NCBI GenBank assembly: GCA_947629505.1
Contig: CANRDW010000003.1
Location: 1-55,412 of the forward strand
DNA from: an uncultured Clostridia bacterium
GTDB lineage: Bacteria > Bacillota > Clostridia > Christensenellales > UBA1242
DNA length: 55,412 bases
Direction of reading: 5' to 3'
Shown here: positions 26,767-36,220 of the stretch, one piece after another
Layout of the letters: the number at the start of each line of letters is the position of its first letter
Position numbering within the stretch: position 1 is the first letter of the stretch
Notes under the pieces: model-generated
Seen by the model: the letters and a program-made list of their open reading frames with translations, nothing else
The model's database searches: none
What the model was told of the DNA's origin: nothing
Made by a program: the position numbers and the translations under genes

Positions 26767-29700
26767 ATGAAAAAAACTAGAAAAACAAATCAAAAATTGA
26801 CAACTCTGTTGCTTGCAACTGCAATTCCACTTTCAGCAACCGGCGTTGCACTGACAATGCTCCCAACACAGACAACACTTGCTGTTGCCCCTTACTCTAC
26901 CGGAGCAATCAAATCCGTGACAGTCACAAACGGAAACTTCAACTCAAGTTCTTCAAGTGGGCTGAGTGAATATCCAACAGGATGGTCAAAAAAATATACA
27001 GATGGCAAATCAACCGCTGGCGTTATCAACACAGGGTCCTCTTTTGAAAACAACATGAAAGATTATTGCCTTGGCGAAAACCCTTTCACAAACAGCCAAG
27101 ATAAATTTGTGTTGATGATCAACTCTCAAACAAAAACATCTTTGCCAGAACAACCTGCAAAACAAAGATTTAGGTCAAATTCCATCACTTTGAATGCAAA
27201 TTCTTTCTATTCACTTCAAACTTCATTCAAATCTTCGCCAAATCACAACACAGAAAAAAGATTTGTGTATAAGGGTGAAATTCGCGAAGATGACACAAAT
27301 TTTACAATTGATTTCTCCACATTTGACGCACAGGAAAAAGATTTTATCATTGGAGAAGATGTTTACATTTCATTTAGATATGACTACTTAAGAGATGTTT
27401 ATCTTAAAAAGTCTTTGACACCTTCTGAAACAAAAATCACAGAAGTCACAAAATTTAATCCTTTCTACACTGACGACAATGTTGTTGGCTTTATGCACAA
27501 CGGCACTCCAATCTATGTTGAAAAACAATATGTTGAAGAAAACACTGATGAGGCGGACAAAGACACATATTCTCACCTTGTCGATGGCTTGGCAGATGGC
27601 GGCGTTGCAACATACACCTGCAGCCTTGAATATGACAGCGCTTCAAACAAGTTTAAAGTTGCCCCTCTCACACAGTTTTATGTGCAAACAGATGTTTACA
27701 CTTCTTTAAATGACTTTGCTTTTGGCTCTGTTGTGATTGACGGCTTGAAAGACGCAGACGGAAAACCTGTGAAAGCCGAATTTCTTAAAGTCAACTCTGG
27801 CGCTTGGACAACACTCTATTTCTTTATCGCAACCGGAAATCAAAGCCAAACAATCAACCTTGACCTTTGGCTTGGAACTGAAGATGAAGGCTCCACAGGT
27901 GTTGTGTTCTTTGACGATGTTAAGGCTTATCAATACAGCGAAAACGAATTTTTCAAACAATATCAAAACTATGTTGGCAGAAAATATTATCAAGCGGAAT
28001 ACAGAGATAATTCCATTGTTTCAGACTCTTTCCCTTGCACACAAATTTTGGATTTAAGGACTGAAAAAGAAATTTTGGATGTTGTCAAAGGTTTAAACTT
28101 TAATTTTGAAGATGACAACCTGCAAAATCCATCAAGTCTTGAAAAGTGGACTTTGGAAAAAGGCCATGCACAGATTTTCAACACTGACACCGCTTACAGA
28201 GATTTTAAAACAATCACCGGCTTTGACTATGTTGGCTCAAACTACGCCTGCACTGCAGTGATTGATGGCGAAAAAGTTGAAATCTCAAACAACAAAAAAC
28301 TTTTGGCTGTTTGGGCAAATGACAGCGTCAGCAAGGTTACTTCTGGCAATATCGCAATTGGCGCAAATCAAATTTACAAAATCACAGTTCAATACAAAGT
28401 CAGCGGCATCACAAGTGGCAATGCATACATCTTTGTGAAAGAAAATGGCAGCGTTGTCTATGATAAAGATGGCTACAACAGAAGCGAAAATGATTACACC
28501 CTCGCTGCTGAAGTTGCAAGTTCTGGTTTCTCAACAAATCCAGACAACGATTTCATCAACGACTATGGAACAGTTGAATTTTATGTCAAAGGTGGCGCGC
28601 ATTTCAACTCTTCTGTCAACCTTTCTCTTGGACTTGGCAAAGACGATGAAAATGCAACAGGCTGCGTGCTGTTTGATGACATCACCATTGAAGAGGCATC
28701 TTCGACAGAATATTCAAGTGCAACAAACAAAATTGAACTCGACACAAAATCTGGAAGTCAAACAATCACAAATGGAAACTTCAGAAATGTGACCGTTCCA
28801 GATGACAAAACTTGCCCATACACTGCTGACGGATGGACAGTTTCGAGTGGATTGGAAAAAAATCTTCAATTTGCTGGCGTCATCAACACAGACCCAAATC
28901 AATACAAAGAATTCAAAAAATTGTATGACAAGCTTAAAAATCAAGGTGTTGAGGACAAGTCAAATCCATATTATTGGACAACCTACGACAATCCAAAGGC
29001 ATCAAACGGAAAGGCTGAGCCAAACAATGTCATGATGCTTTTAAACTGTGAGGACAACTATCAAACACTCTCCTCTTCAACCTTTTCTTTGGAGAAAACA
29101 AAGTCATATCTTGTCACCTTTATGGTGAAAAACTTAAACTTCTCAGAGGGAAACACCAGACTTAAGATTTCAATTGTTTCTTCTGACGGCATAACACTTT
29201 ATGAAGATGCAAATTTTGACACAGCAAGCAATTGGAAAGAATATAAAGTTTATATTAAAGCCAATGACCGCGCAAATGCTGACGCACATATTGAGATCTC
29301 TCTTGGAGAAGAAGATGATATGGTGAAAGGCGCTGTATATCTTGACAACTTCAGTTTACTTGCCGATCAAACAATCCCATCAAATGCTGTCAATGTTGTA
29401 GATATGACAAATGACTATTTGAATCTTAAAACAAACAAAATCACAGGAACACTTATTGACAATCCTGACACACAAGAAAAAGCATCCTACTCCCCTGCTT
29501 ATGACGCCAAGAAATTGAGTGGCGACAATCAAGCAAATGGTGGAATTATCAAAACAAGTGGGCTTGACGACATCTATAAAGTGACAGAGGAAGGCACTTC
29601 AGACACAGCATTTTTGATGTATAGTCAAGGCGTTGGCTCGTTTGAAATTCAATCTAAATTTAACATCAGTTTGGATGCTGACACATGTTACAAACTTTCA

Positions 29701-30618
29701 TTTAAATTGAAAACTCATTTCACAACCAACCTCGACCCTGACACAGACTATCACTTTGGCGTAAGCGTTGGCTTAACCGGCTACAAACTTGCTGAGGGCT
29801 TAAGATCAGATGAATATGAACTTTTTGAAATCTATTTCAAGCCAAAGGCAGAGGCATCGGTGAACTATTACATCAGCCTCATCAACGACACAAATGAAAC
29901 AGGCTCAGCAGCAATTTATGATTTTAAATTAGAACCATTGACTGTTTCAAACGATTATGATGACGCGAAAGAACTTGTTGCTGGCGGAAATTATGATGTG
30001 AACAAAGACAGAGTTTTTGTTTCAAGCGAAAATGACTCAACTCCAGACAGTGACACCCCAGAAGAAGAGCCAGAAACCACACCAAGTGCCCCATCTCAAA
30101 ACTTTGATTGGATTTTAATTCCAACACTCATCATGGGAGTTGCGCTTGTAATTGCAATTGTGGGCTACTTCCTTAGAAAAGTTAAAATCAAGAAGATTGA
30201 ACTTAAACGCAAAGAAACATATGACAGAAAGTCAAGTTTGCATGTAGATGCCATTAAACAAGCCGCTGCAAAAGAACGCGACAAAGAAGTTGAAGAAATG
30301 CAAAAAACAATCTCTGTGTTTGAAACAGAACTTCAAAATCTTGAAAAAGAACACAAAAAGAAAGTCATCGCTATGCGTGAACAAGACAAAAACAAAGTTT
30401 CTAAATCAACAGATAAAGAATTTAAATTGTTTGCTCAAAAACGCACAGTGCTCTCTGAAAAGATTGATTCGCTTAAACATCAACTCGAAGAACTTAAAAC
30501 TCCAGAACATCTGTTGTCGCTTGAAAGAAAAATCTATATGCTTGAAGATGCAAAGCGCAGAGAAATTGAAAAAGCTTCAAAGAAAGAAGCAAAACAAAAT
30601 AAAAAAGATGCTAAATAA
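26767..30618 (+). CDS. Large type I membrane protein: signal peptide, four CBM4_9 / galactose-binding-like beta-sandwich modules, one TM helix, ~165-aa cytoplasmic coiled-coil tail
   Basis: Signal-like N-terminus (LTTLLLATAIPLSATGVALTML). Four modules each open with a NG.F/W pattern (VTNGNFNS..GW; ITNGNFRN..GW) and close with a hydrophobic-D-D/N pattern (VVFFDDVKAY, VLFDDITIEE, VYLDNFSLL, IYDFKLEP). TM segment WILIPTLIMGVALVIAIVGYFL at about 30109..30174. The tail is K/E-rich with heptad character. Confidence 0.7.
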   Translation: MKKTRKTNQKLTTLLLATAIPLSATGVALTMLPTQTTLAVAPYSTGAIKSVTVTNGNFNSSSSSGLSEYPTGWSKKYTDGKSTAGVINTGSSFENNMKDYCLGENPFTNSQDKFVLMINSQTKTSLPEQPAKQRFRSNSITLNANSFYSLQTSFKSSPNHNTEKRFVYKGEIREDDTNFTIDFSTFDAQEKDFIIGEDVYISFRYDYLRDVYLKKSLTPSETKITEVTKFNPFYTDDNVVGFMHNGTPIYVEKQYVEENTDEADKDTYSHLVDGLADGGVATYTCSLEYDSASNKFKVAPLTQFYVQTDVYTSLNDFAFGSVVIDGLKDADGKPVKAEFLKVNSGAWTTLYFFIATGNQSQTINLDLWLGTEDEGSTGVVFFDDVKAYQYSENEFFKQYQNYVGRKYYQAEYRDNSIVSDSFPCTQILDLRTEKEILDVVKGLNFNFEDDNLQNPSSLEKWTLEKGHAQIFNTDTAYRDFKTITGFDYVGSNYACTAVIDGEKVEISNNKKLLAVWANDSVSKVTSGNIAIGANQIYKITVQYKVSGITSGNAYIFVKENGSVVYDKDGYNRSENDYTLAAEVASSGFSTNPDNDFINDYGTVEFYVKGGAHFNSSVNLSLGLGKDDENATGCVLFDDITIEEASSTEYSSATNKIELDTKSGSQTITNGNFRNVTVPDDKTCPYTADGWTVSSGLEKNLQFAGVINTDPNQYKEFKKLYDKLKNQGVEDKSNPYYWTTYDNPKASNGKAEPNNVMMLLNCEDNYQTLSSSTFSLEKTKSYLVTFMVKNLNFSEGNTRLKISIVSSDGITLYEDANFDTASNWKEYKVYIKANDRANADAHIEISLGEEDDMVKGAVYLDNFSLLADQTIPSNAVNVVDMTNDYLNLKTNKITGTLIDNPDTQEKASYSPAYDAKKLSGDNQANGGIIKTSGLDDIYKVTEEGTSDTAFLMYSQGVGSFEIQSKFNISLDADTCYKLSFKLKTHFTTNLDPDTDYHFGVSVGLTGYKLAEGLRSDEYELFEIYFKPKAEASVNYYISLINDTNETGSAAIYDFKLEPLTVSNDYDDAKELVAGGNYDVNKDRVFVSSENDSTPDSDTPEEEPETTPSAPSQNFDWILIPTLIMGVALVIAIVGYFLRKVKIKKIELKRKETYDRKSSLHVDAIKQAAAKERDKEVEEMQKTISVFETELQNLEKEHKKKVIAMREQDKNKVSKSTDKEFKLFAQKRTVLSEKIDSLKHQLEELKTPEHLLSLERKIYMLEDAKRREIEKASKKEAKQNKKDAK

Positions 30619-30632
30619 AGCATCTTTTTTTT
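30601..30632. terminator. Bidirectional intrinsic terminator
   Basis: aaaaaaGATGCTaaataaAGCATCtttttttt. The stop codon lies in the loop. Confidence 0.7.
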
Positions 30633-30646
30633 ATTTACAATAATGA

Positions 30647-31177
30647 TTAAAAGTCGTCATCTTCATCATCGTCTTCGTCGTCATCCTCATCATCGTCTTC
30701 TTCATCATCTTCTTCGTCGTCATCAAGCCCCAAATCATCGCCGTCAAAATCTTCTAGTTCTTCATCATCAAGGTCATCCAAAGCATCTTCGTCCAAACGG
30801 TCATCAAAGCCGATGCTAGAATCCAAATCGTCATCGTCAAGCATTTGGTCGTCAAGGTCATCTGTCACAGATGCCATATCGCCCGTTTCTTCATCATCAT
30901 AGATAATTTCATCTTCATCACGATTGACATAATCTTCCCAATCGTTGTTTGTGTCATCATCTTCACTGTGGTGCTCTTTCAAACAAGTTGCACACATAAT
31001 CTCGTCTGGCTGAATGTAGTTTGTTTTGCAGATTGGGCAAAGTTCCAAATCCAAGTCACCAATAAATTCGTCTTTCTTTGCGGAAAGTTCTGCCTTGCAG
31101 ACGCTGCAAAGTTTGTCTTTCTTTTCAATATAGTTGAGTTCGCATCTTGGGCATCTAATATAAACAGGTTTTTTCAT
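30647..31177 (-). CDS. Double zinc-ribbon protein with a ~100-aa polyacidic C-terminal tail
   Basis: CPRC-x11-CSVC and CPIC-x11-CATC, each followed by NYI, suggest an internal duplication. The tail is D/E-rich and ends DEDDDEDDDF. The ATG at 31175..31177 is preceded by AAAGGAGA. Confidence 0.75.
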   Translation of the reverse strand: MKKPVYIRCPRCELNYIEKKDKLCSVCKAELSAKKDEFIGDLDLELCPICKTNYIQPDEIMCATCLKEHHSEDDDTNNDWEDYVNRDEDEIIYDDEETGDMASVTDDLDDQMLDDDDLDSSIGFDDRLDEDALDDLDDEELEDFDGDDLGLDDDEEDDEEDDDEDDDEDDDEDDDF

Positions 31178-31236
31178 AATATCTCCTTTTGATTTCAATA
31201 TTCTACCCTCATTTGAATATATTGTCAAATGATTTT

Positions 31237-31875
31237 TCAAACTTTTTTAGATTTTTTTAATAAATTATCTTCCGCCTGAGAAAGCCTTAAATATCTTGGC
31301 AAAAGTTCGTCTAGCGTGACAAAATGTTTGGCTTTTTGCTGACTTTTTGCATATTCCACAAGGCTTTCATTGTCACAAATCACACTTTGCAAGCCATCAA
31401 TATCCCCCTCAAAAGCAAATTTAGGAAAAGTTATCTTTTCAAAGGAAGCATTATCTATCATTTTCTCTTCTTCGATATTTATTCCATTTTTGTCATAAGT
31501 TCCCACAAAATAAAGCCCTGAAAGTGCATTTATTGCGCACACAAAGTCACCCTTTGCAAGTTTTTGTTTGGCTATTATATATGCCATGAGCGACAGAGAT
31601 GACAAAGAAATAAATTTGATCTTTTTATTTACACTTCCAAGCGCCCTTGCAATGGCAGCGCCAATTCTAAGCCCTGTAAATGAGCCCGGCCCCGTGACGA
31701 GAGCAACAGTGTCAATGTCCACAACATCGATGTGCGCCTCTTCAACAAGTTTTTCAATGGTTGGCAAAACATTCTCACTGTGTTTGCTGTTGCTGTCAAT
31801 GTCAAACGCATATGTTTTGTCTGTCACAAGCGCCAAATTTGCCGTTTTGAAAGCGGTGTTAATCACAAGCATCAT
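31237..31875 (-). CDS. tsaB: tRNA t6A biosynthesis protein TsaB (YeaZ)
   Basis: VTGPGSFTGLRIGAAIARAL motif, appropriate length, and position next to tsaE. Confidence 0.88.
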   Translation of the reverse strand: MMLVINTAFKTANLALVTDKTYAFDIDSNSKHSENVLPTIEKLVEEAHIDVVDIDTVALVTGPGSFTGLRIGAAIARALGSVNKKIKFISLSSLSLMAYIIAKQKLAKGDFVCAINALSGLYFVGTYDKNGINIEEEKMIDNASFEKITFPKFAFEGDIDGLQSVICDNESLVEYAKSQQKAKHFVTLDELLPRYLRLSQAEDNLLKKSKKV

Positions 31876-32309
31876 TTTCCGCCCTCCTTAATCACAATAA
31901 TTCTGTGATGCTCGCCTTTCTTTGTGATTTCAACAACAAAGTCCACATCTTTAATAAGTCCGTCAACATTTTCCGGCCATTCAACAAAACAAACTCCGTC
32001 AAGCGTCTTTTTGTCAAAATATTCAGCAAAGCCCACATTCAGCGCCTCTTCTGTGCTTGTAAGCCGATACATATCAAAGTGATAGACATTAAAATTTGGC
32101 GTTTTATAAGTGTTTAAAAGCGTGAAAGTTGGGCTTGTCACCAAATCCTTACTGCCAAGAATTGAAACAACATCTTTGACAAAGGTTGTTTTGCCGCTTC
32201 CAAGGTCGCCCTTTAAAAGCACAATCATTGGCGCTTTTAAAACCTTAGAAAACGCCTCTGCAAGTGCGTGCGTTTGATTTAAGTTAGAAATTTCCATCTT
32301 TATTTTCAT
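31872..32309 (-). CDS. tsaE: tRNA t6A biosynthesis ATPase TsaE (YjeE)
   Basis: LKGDLGSGKTTFVK, TSPTFTLLNTY and HFDMYRL. I prefer the start at MKIKMEISN (32309 or 32297) over 32399. Confidence 0.88.
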   Translation of the reverse strand: MKIKMEISNLNQTHALAEAFSKVLKAPMIVLLKGDLGSGKTTFVKDVVSILGSKDLVTSPTFTLLNTYKTPNFNVYHFDMYRLTSTEEALNVGFAEYFDKKTLDGVCFVEWPENVDGLIKDVDFVVEITKKGEHHRIIVIKEGGK

Positions 32310-32874
32310 TTTGCCTCTCTTTTTGCCTTTGCAGACGCTGTTTGTCATAAAAATGCATAAACACAAGCCCCAAAGTGCAGAAGAATGCTGAAATCGCAAA
32401 GCCGCCGATAAGGTCGGTCAGATAATGTTTTCCAAGATACATTCTTGAAAGCCCCACAAGTGCCACAAACATGCAGCAGCACACAACTGAAGTGATTTTC
32501 TGTCCGCGTGACTTTAAGGTTGTCCACAGAAAATAGCCCACAAAAATTGCAATCGCCGTTGCGCAAGCGGTGTGCCCACTTGGAAAGGAAAAATCCTTCA
32601 CTGTGTCACCGATGCTGATAATCGCATCACTCACATTATATGGCCTAACTCTTTGCACAACTTCTTTGAAGATGTTGACAGTCAAATTTACAAAGCCATA
32701 TGAAAATAAAAACCAAAAACAGAGCCTTCTTTTAAAAATAAGGAAAAAGATGCAGACAAAGACAACTCCCACAACAGTTCCAACCTGTGAAAGCACTTGA
32801 AAAGCCATATCAAAGAATGGCGTTCTGCCTGCCTGCAAGAATTCAATTATTTTAAGTTCAAATTCCATACTCAT
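32284..32874 (-). CDS. PAP2-family membrane phosphatase
   Basis: KEVVQRVRP ... PSGHT ... SRMYLGKHYLTD, the three PAP2 motifs. Confidence 0.85.
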   Translation of the reverse strand: MSMEFELKIIEFLQAGRTPFFDMAFQVLSQVGTVVGVVFVCIFFLIFKRRLCFWFLFSYGFVNLTVNIFKEVVQRVRPYNVSDAIISIGDTVKDFSFPSGHTACATAIAIFVGYFLWTTLKSRGQKITSVVCCCMFVALVGLSRMYLGKHYLTDLIGGFAISAFFCTLGLVFMHFYDKQRLQRQKERQNENKDGNF

Positions 32875-32924
32875 ATTGTAACAAAATATGACAAAAGTTG
32901 CAAATAAAAAAAGAAAAAAGTTTT

Positions 32925-33506
32925 TTAAACTTCTTTCTGGATTTTTTCGCTTACACTGACGCCATCTTCAAAGTCATAAATGGTCGTTTTAAAATCAGCA
33001 TCATCTTGCAATTTTTGTAAAAACAATCTTAAATGCGTTGCGATTGAACGATGTTTGTGCAAAACTTTTTCTTCGCTTCCCACAAGCCCATAAAAAAGCA
33101 CATCATCCGCCATAAGCACGCCGCCCGCATTCAAACTTTCCTTGAGATATGGCAAATATTTAAAGTATTGCCCCTTTGCCCCATCTAAGAATATGAAATC
33201 AAACTTTTTTGTGTTGTTAAGCAGAAAATCCATGGCATCAGCATGAATTATCTCCACGCGCGAAGAAAATTCTTTGAGATTTTCTTTTGCATCAGCAAAA
33301 TTTTGTTCATCTTTTTCAACTGTTGTGAGTGTGCAGTCACATTCACTTAAAATGCAGGATGCAGAATAGCCCAAAAATGTGCCAATCTCCAAACAGGTTT
33401 TTGGCTTGTGCTTTTTAATTAAACTCCGCAAAAGTTGTTCTGTTTGTGGCCTTATCATTGGTGCATATTCGTGGCGACTTAGCCCAACAAGTTCCTCTTT
33501 TTCCAT
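32925..33506 (-). CDS. Class I SAM-dependent O-methyltransferase (family 3, YrrM/TrmR-like)
   Basis: CLEIGTFLGYSA ... FDFIFLDGAKGQY ... GGVLMADDVLFYG. Confidence 0.8.
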   Translation of the reverse strand: MEKEELVGLSRHEYAPMIRPQTEQLLRSLIKKHKPKTCLEIGTFLGYSASCILSECDCTLTTVEKDEQNFADAKENLKEFSSRVEIIHADAMDFLLNNTKKFDFIFLDGAKGQYFKYLPYLKESLNAGGVLMADDVLFYGLVGSEEKVLHKHRSIATHLRLFLQKLQDDADFKTTIYDFEDGVSVSEKIQKEV

Positions 33507-33509
33507 ATC

Positions 33510-33773
33510 TTAGTCCAAAAGGCAGATTGTGAGGATCATAGGCCTACGCTTTGTGCGTTTGAAGATAAAGTTTGAAACATTGCGCCTTATTGTGTTTTTA
33601 ATCACGGCAGGCTCGCATCCGCGCAAATCCTGTTCTTTAAGCGATGCAACAATCATATTCTTTGTGTCTTGCACAAACGCCTCTGCCTCATCTTGATACA
33701 CCACGCCCCTTGTTATGATAAATGGGTCGCCAACGACCTCGCCTGAAACATTGTTGATTGAAAGCACAACCAC
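33510..33773 (-). CDS. RNase J C-terminal domain, same frame, immediately after the TGA
   Basis: (V)VVLSINNVSGEVVGDPFIITRGVVYQ ... FIFKRTKRRPMILTICLLD matches the RNase J C-terminal domain (KTKRRPMILP). A GTG follows the stop directly, with GAGGA 10 nt upstream. Confidence 0.8.
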   Translation of the reverse strand: MVVLSINNVSGEVVGDPFIITRGVVYQDEAEAFVQDTKNMIVASLKEQDLRGCEPAVIKNTIRRNVSNFIFKRTKRRPMILTICLLD

Positions 33774-35165
33774 TCAGATGCCGTCCTCAGAGAGTTGTTT
33801 TCTTTCTCTAAGCACATTGCTGTCCATGTCGCCGATGCCGATGCCGTCAATAAGCCTTTGCCCAGCCGTTGTAAAGCCCACTTTTTTGATTGAGTTTGGT
33901 GAAAGTTCAATCTGTGCGCCAAGTGATGGCAAGATGATGTTTCTCTCTTCCATGCCAAGCGTCATGGCAAGTTGTTTATGCATGCGAAGATGTCTGTATT
34001 CGCCGTGAATAGGGATGAAAAATTTTGGCTTTGTAAGTGCGTGAATTGTTTTTATCTCTTCTTGACAAGCGTGACCGGATGCATGCACTTCGCTGAGTTC
34101 GTCATAAATGACATCTGCGCCCTTTTGGAAAAGTGAGTTGATGACATTATACACGCTTTTTTCATTGCCCGGGATTGGTGAAGAAGAGAAAACAATAAGG
34201 TCATTTTCTCCAATTTTAATCTGTTTAAATTCGCCCATAGCCATTCTTGTAAGCGCTGAAAGTGGCTCACCTTGGCTGCCTGTTGTGACAATGACAAGTT
34301 CTTTATCCGCATATTTGTCAATCTTTTCAATGTCAATGATGTTGTCGCGATTGAATGTGATTTCGCCGATTTTCATGCCAACATCTGTGATGTTTATCAT
34401 GCTGCGACCGGTGAATGCAACCTTTCTGCCATACTTTTCAGCCAAGTTTAAAATCTGTTGCAAGCGGTGAATGTTGGATGCAAAAGTTGCAACAAAAATT
34501 CGATTTTCAGGATGAGTTTTGAAAATCTCTTCAAGCGCTCTGCCAACACTTTTTTCGCTCATAGAATAGCCTTTTCTGCACACATTTGTGCTTTCACACA
34601 TCAAAAGGTTGACACCTTTTTTGCCAAGTTCACCAAAGCGTTGAAGGTCGGTCATAACGCCGTCAATCGGCTCGAAATCAATCTTAAAGTCACCCGTGTG
34701 CACAACATTTCCTGCAGGCGTGCTTATGCAAAGCGCCAAACTGCCGGCAATGGAGTGTGACACTTTGATAAATTCCACAGAAAACGCCCCAATTTTAAGG
34801 ACATTTTTAGGTTTTACAGTGATTGCTTTGTAAGACACTTTTGGATGCTCTTTCATCTTGTTTTCAACAAGCGCAAGTGTAAGTTTCGAGCCATAGATTG
34901 GCGCTTTAATCTGTTCCAAAACAAATGGAAGTGCGCCGATGTGGTCCTCATGGCCGTGAGTGAGAATAATCGCCTTCACTTTGTCACGATTGTTGACAAG
35001 ATAGGTGAAATCAGGGATGACAACATCAATCCCCGGCAAATCATCGCCCGGAAAGGTCAGCCCAGCATCAACAACGATAATTTCGTTGTTGTATTCAAAA
35101 GCGGTCATGTTTTTTCCAATTTCACCCACCCCGCCCAAGAAGGTGATTTTAAGTTTATTGTTCAT
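33774..35165 (-). CDS. rnj: Ribonuclease J: beta-lactamase, beta-CASP and linker portion, ending at an in-frame TGA
   Basis: KITFLGGVGEIGKNM and ILTHGHEDHIGALPF. Colinear with RNase J up to LRERKQLSEDGI, then TGA at 33774..33776. Confidence 0.9.
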   Translation of the reverse strand: MNNKLKITFLGGVGEIGKNMTAFEYNNEIIVVDAGLTFPGDDLPGIDVVIPDFTYLVNNRDKVKAIILTHGHEDHIGALPFVLEQIKAPIYGSKLTLALVENKMKEHPKVSYKAITVKPKNVLKIGAFSVEFIKVSHSIAGSLALCISTPAGNVVHTGDFKIDFEPIDGVMTDLQRFGELGKKGVNLLMCESTNVCRKGYSMSEKSVGRALEEIFKTHPENRIFVATFASNIHRLQQILNLAEKYGRKVAFTGRSMINITDVGMKIGEITFNRDNIIDIEKIDKYADKELVIVTTGSQGEPLSALTRMAMGEFKQIKIGENDLIVFSSSPIPGNEKSVYNVINSLFQKGADVIYDELSEVHASGHACQEEIKTIHALTKPKFFIPIHGEYRHLRMHKQLAMTLGMEERNIILPSLGAQIELSPNSIKKVGFTTAGQRLIDGIGIGDMDSNVLRERKQLSEDGI

Positions 35166-35184
35166 AATTCTCCTTTTAATAACA

Positions 35185-35210
35185 GCAAAAAATCTTTGTT
35201 TTAAACAAAG
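35185..35210 (-). terminator. Intrinsic terminator after the membrane-protein gene and upstream of rnj
   Basis: Minus strand: CTTTGTTTaAAACAAAG followed by attttttg. Confidence 0.5.
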
Positions 35211-35238
35211 TTAAAAACTATGTTTATGTAAAAACGCA

Positions 35239-36156
35239 TTACAGAATGTAAGCCGTTTTGTTGATATTGTCAACCTCTTCCAATTTCTTTGGAGTGAGGA
35301 TGTTTGTTGAAGTGTAATAAAATCTCATGCCTTGACTTGAGAAGAATGCAGCCATGTTTTGAACGCAAAGCAAGATGCCCACAAATGGAATTAAAACTGC
35401 AAGGCTGTAGAAGCCAAACACGAAAGTCAAAAGCCAGAACCAGAAGAAGCACAAAACTGCCACGGCGAGAGTTGTCCAAAAGTGACGCTTAACCGCTTTG
35501 AAACCCTTTTTATATGCAGAGAAAACATTGCAATCAAACACGATAAGCGCACTCATCCAGCCAAGCACTGACAGTTGATTGAGTGCAAATGCGACAACCA
35601 AAATCACAAACAAAACAAGTGGCAAGAAATATCTTGTAAAGAATGCGTTTGGAATCATCCCAATGCCGAAACATGCGACAAACACAATTGTCCAAAGAAT
35701 AAAATTGTAAATTGTTTTGCAAAGGGAATATAAAAGTGCTTTTGAAAGAGTTTTAATCATGGCGCTGAAAAAACCGATTTTGCTTAAACTTGTCATATAT
35801 GAATAAAGCATGCTGCTGAAAGCAAACTTTCCAAGATTGATTAAAAATGGAAAGAACACAAAAATTACAATAAGCCCATATATGAAAAGCCCGATGTTTT
35901 GTACTGCTGCACCAAGAAAGGTTTGATAGGAAATGTTGATCAGCCTTGCAAACATATCCCCCAAAGGCAGATTCCCAAAAACTCCTGAAAAAAGAGGCAT
36001 TGCATCTTTGAAATTTGTGATAAAAAGCGCCTTAAATTCAAAAAAAGCAGGCAAAAAGAGAGCAAAACAAATGCCCCCAACAACAATGTAATACAAAAAC
36101 AATTTGAGTGCTTTTTGCCAATTTGAACCTAAAAGTTTAAGTGAATATCCAAACAT
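35239..36156 (-). CDS. Polytopic membrane protein, function unknown (305 aa)
   Basis: About 7-8 hydrophobic segments. No catalytic motif recognised. Confidence 0.6.
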   Translation of the reverse strand: MFGYSLKLLGSNWQKALKLFLYYIVVGGICFALFLPAFFEFKALFITNFKDAMPLFSGVFGNLPLGDMFARLINISYQTFLGAAVQNIGLFIYGLIVIFVFFPFLINLGKFAFSSMLYSYMTSLSKIGFFSAMIKTLSKALLYSLCKTIYNFILWTIVFVACFGIGMIPNAFFTRYFLPLVLFVILVVAFALNQLSVLGWMSALIVFDCNVFSAYKKGFKAVKRHFWTTLAVAVLCFFWFWLLTFVFGFYSLAVLIPFVGILLCVQNMAAFFSSQGMRFYYTSTNILTPKKLEEVDNINKTAYIL

Positions 36157-36220
36157 AATTTATCTAACCTATAAGCATTATAACATACAAAAAGAAAATT
36201 GCAAAATAATTTTAACTAAA

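Noticed and set aside
33774-33776. The idea that the in-frame TGA in rnj reflects an alternative genetic code (TGA as Trp or Gly) or selenocysteine.
   Set aside because: TGA terminates hrcA (3590), plsX (13171) and parE (49363) at the expected protein lengths. The aligned residue in RNase J homologues is a buried hydrophobic (Val/Ile/Leu), not Cys/Sec. I saw no SECIS-like hairpin directly after the codon, and no sel genes in the window.
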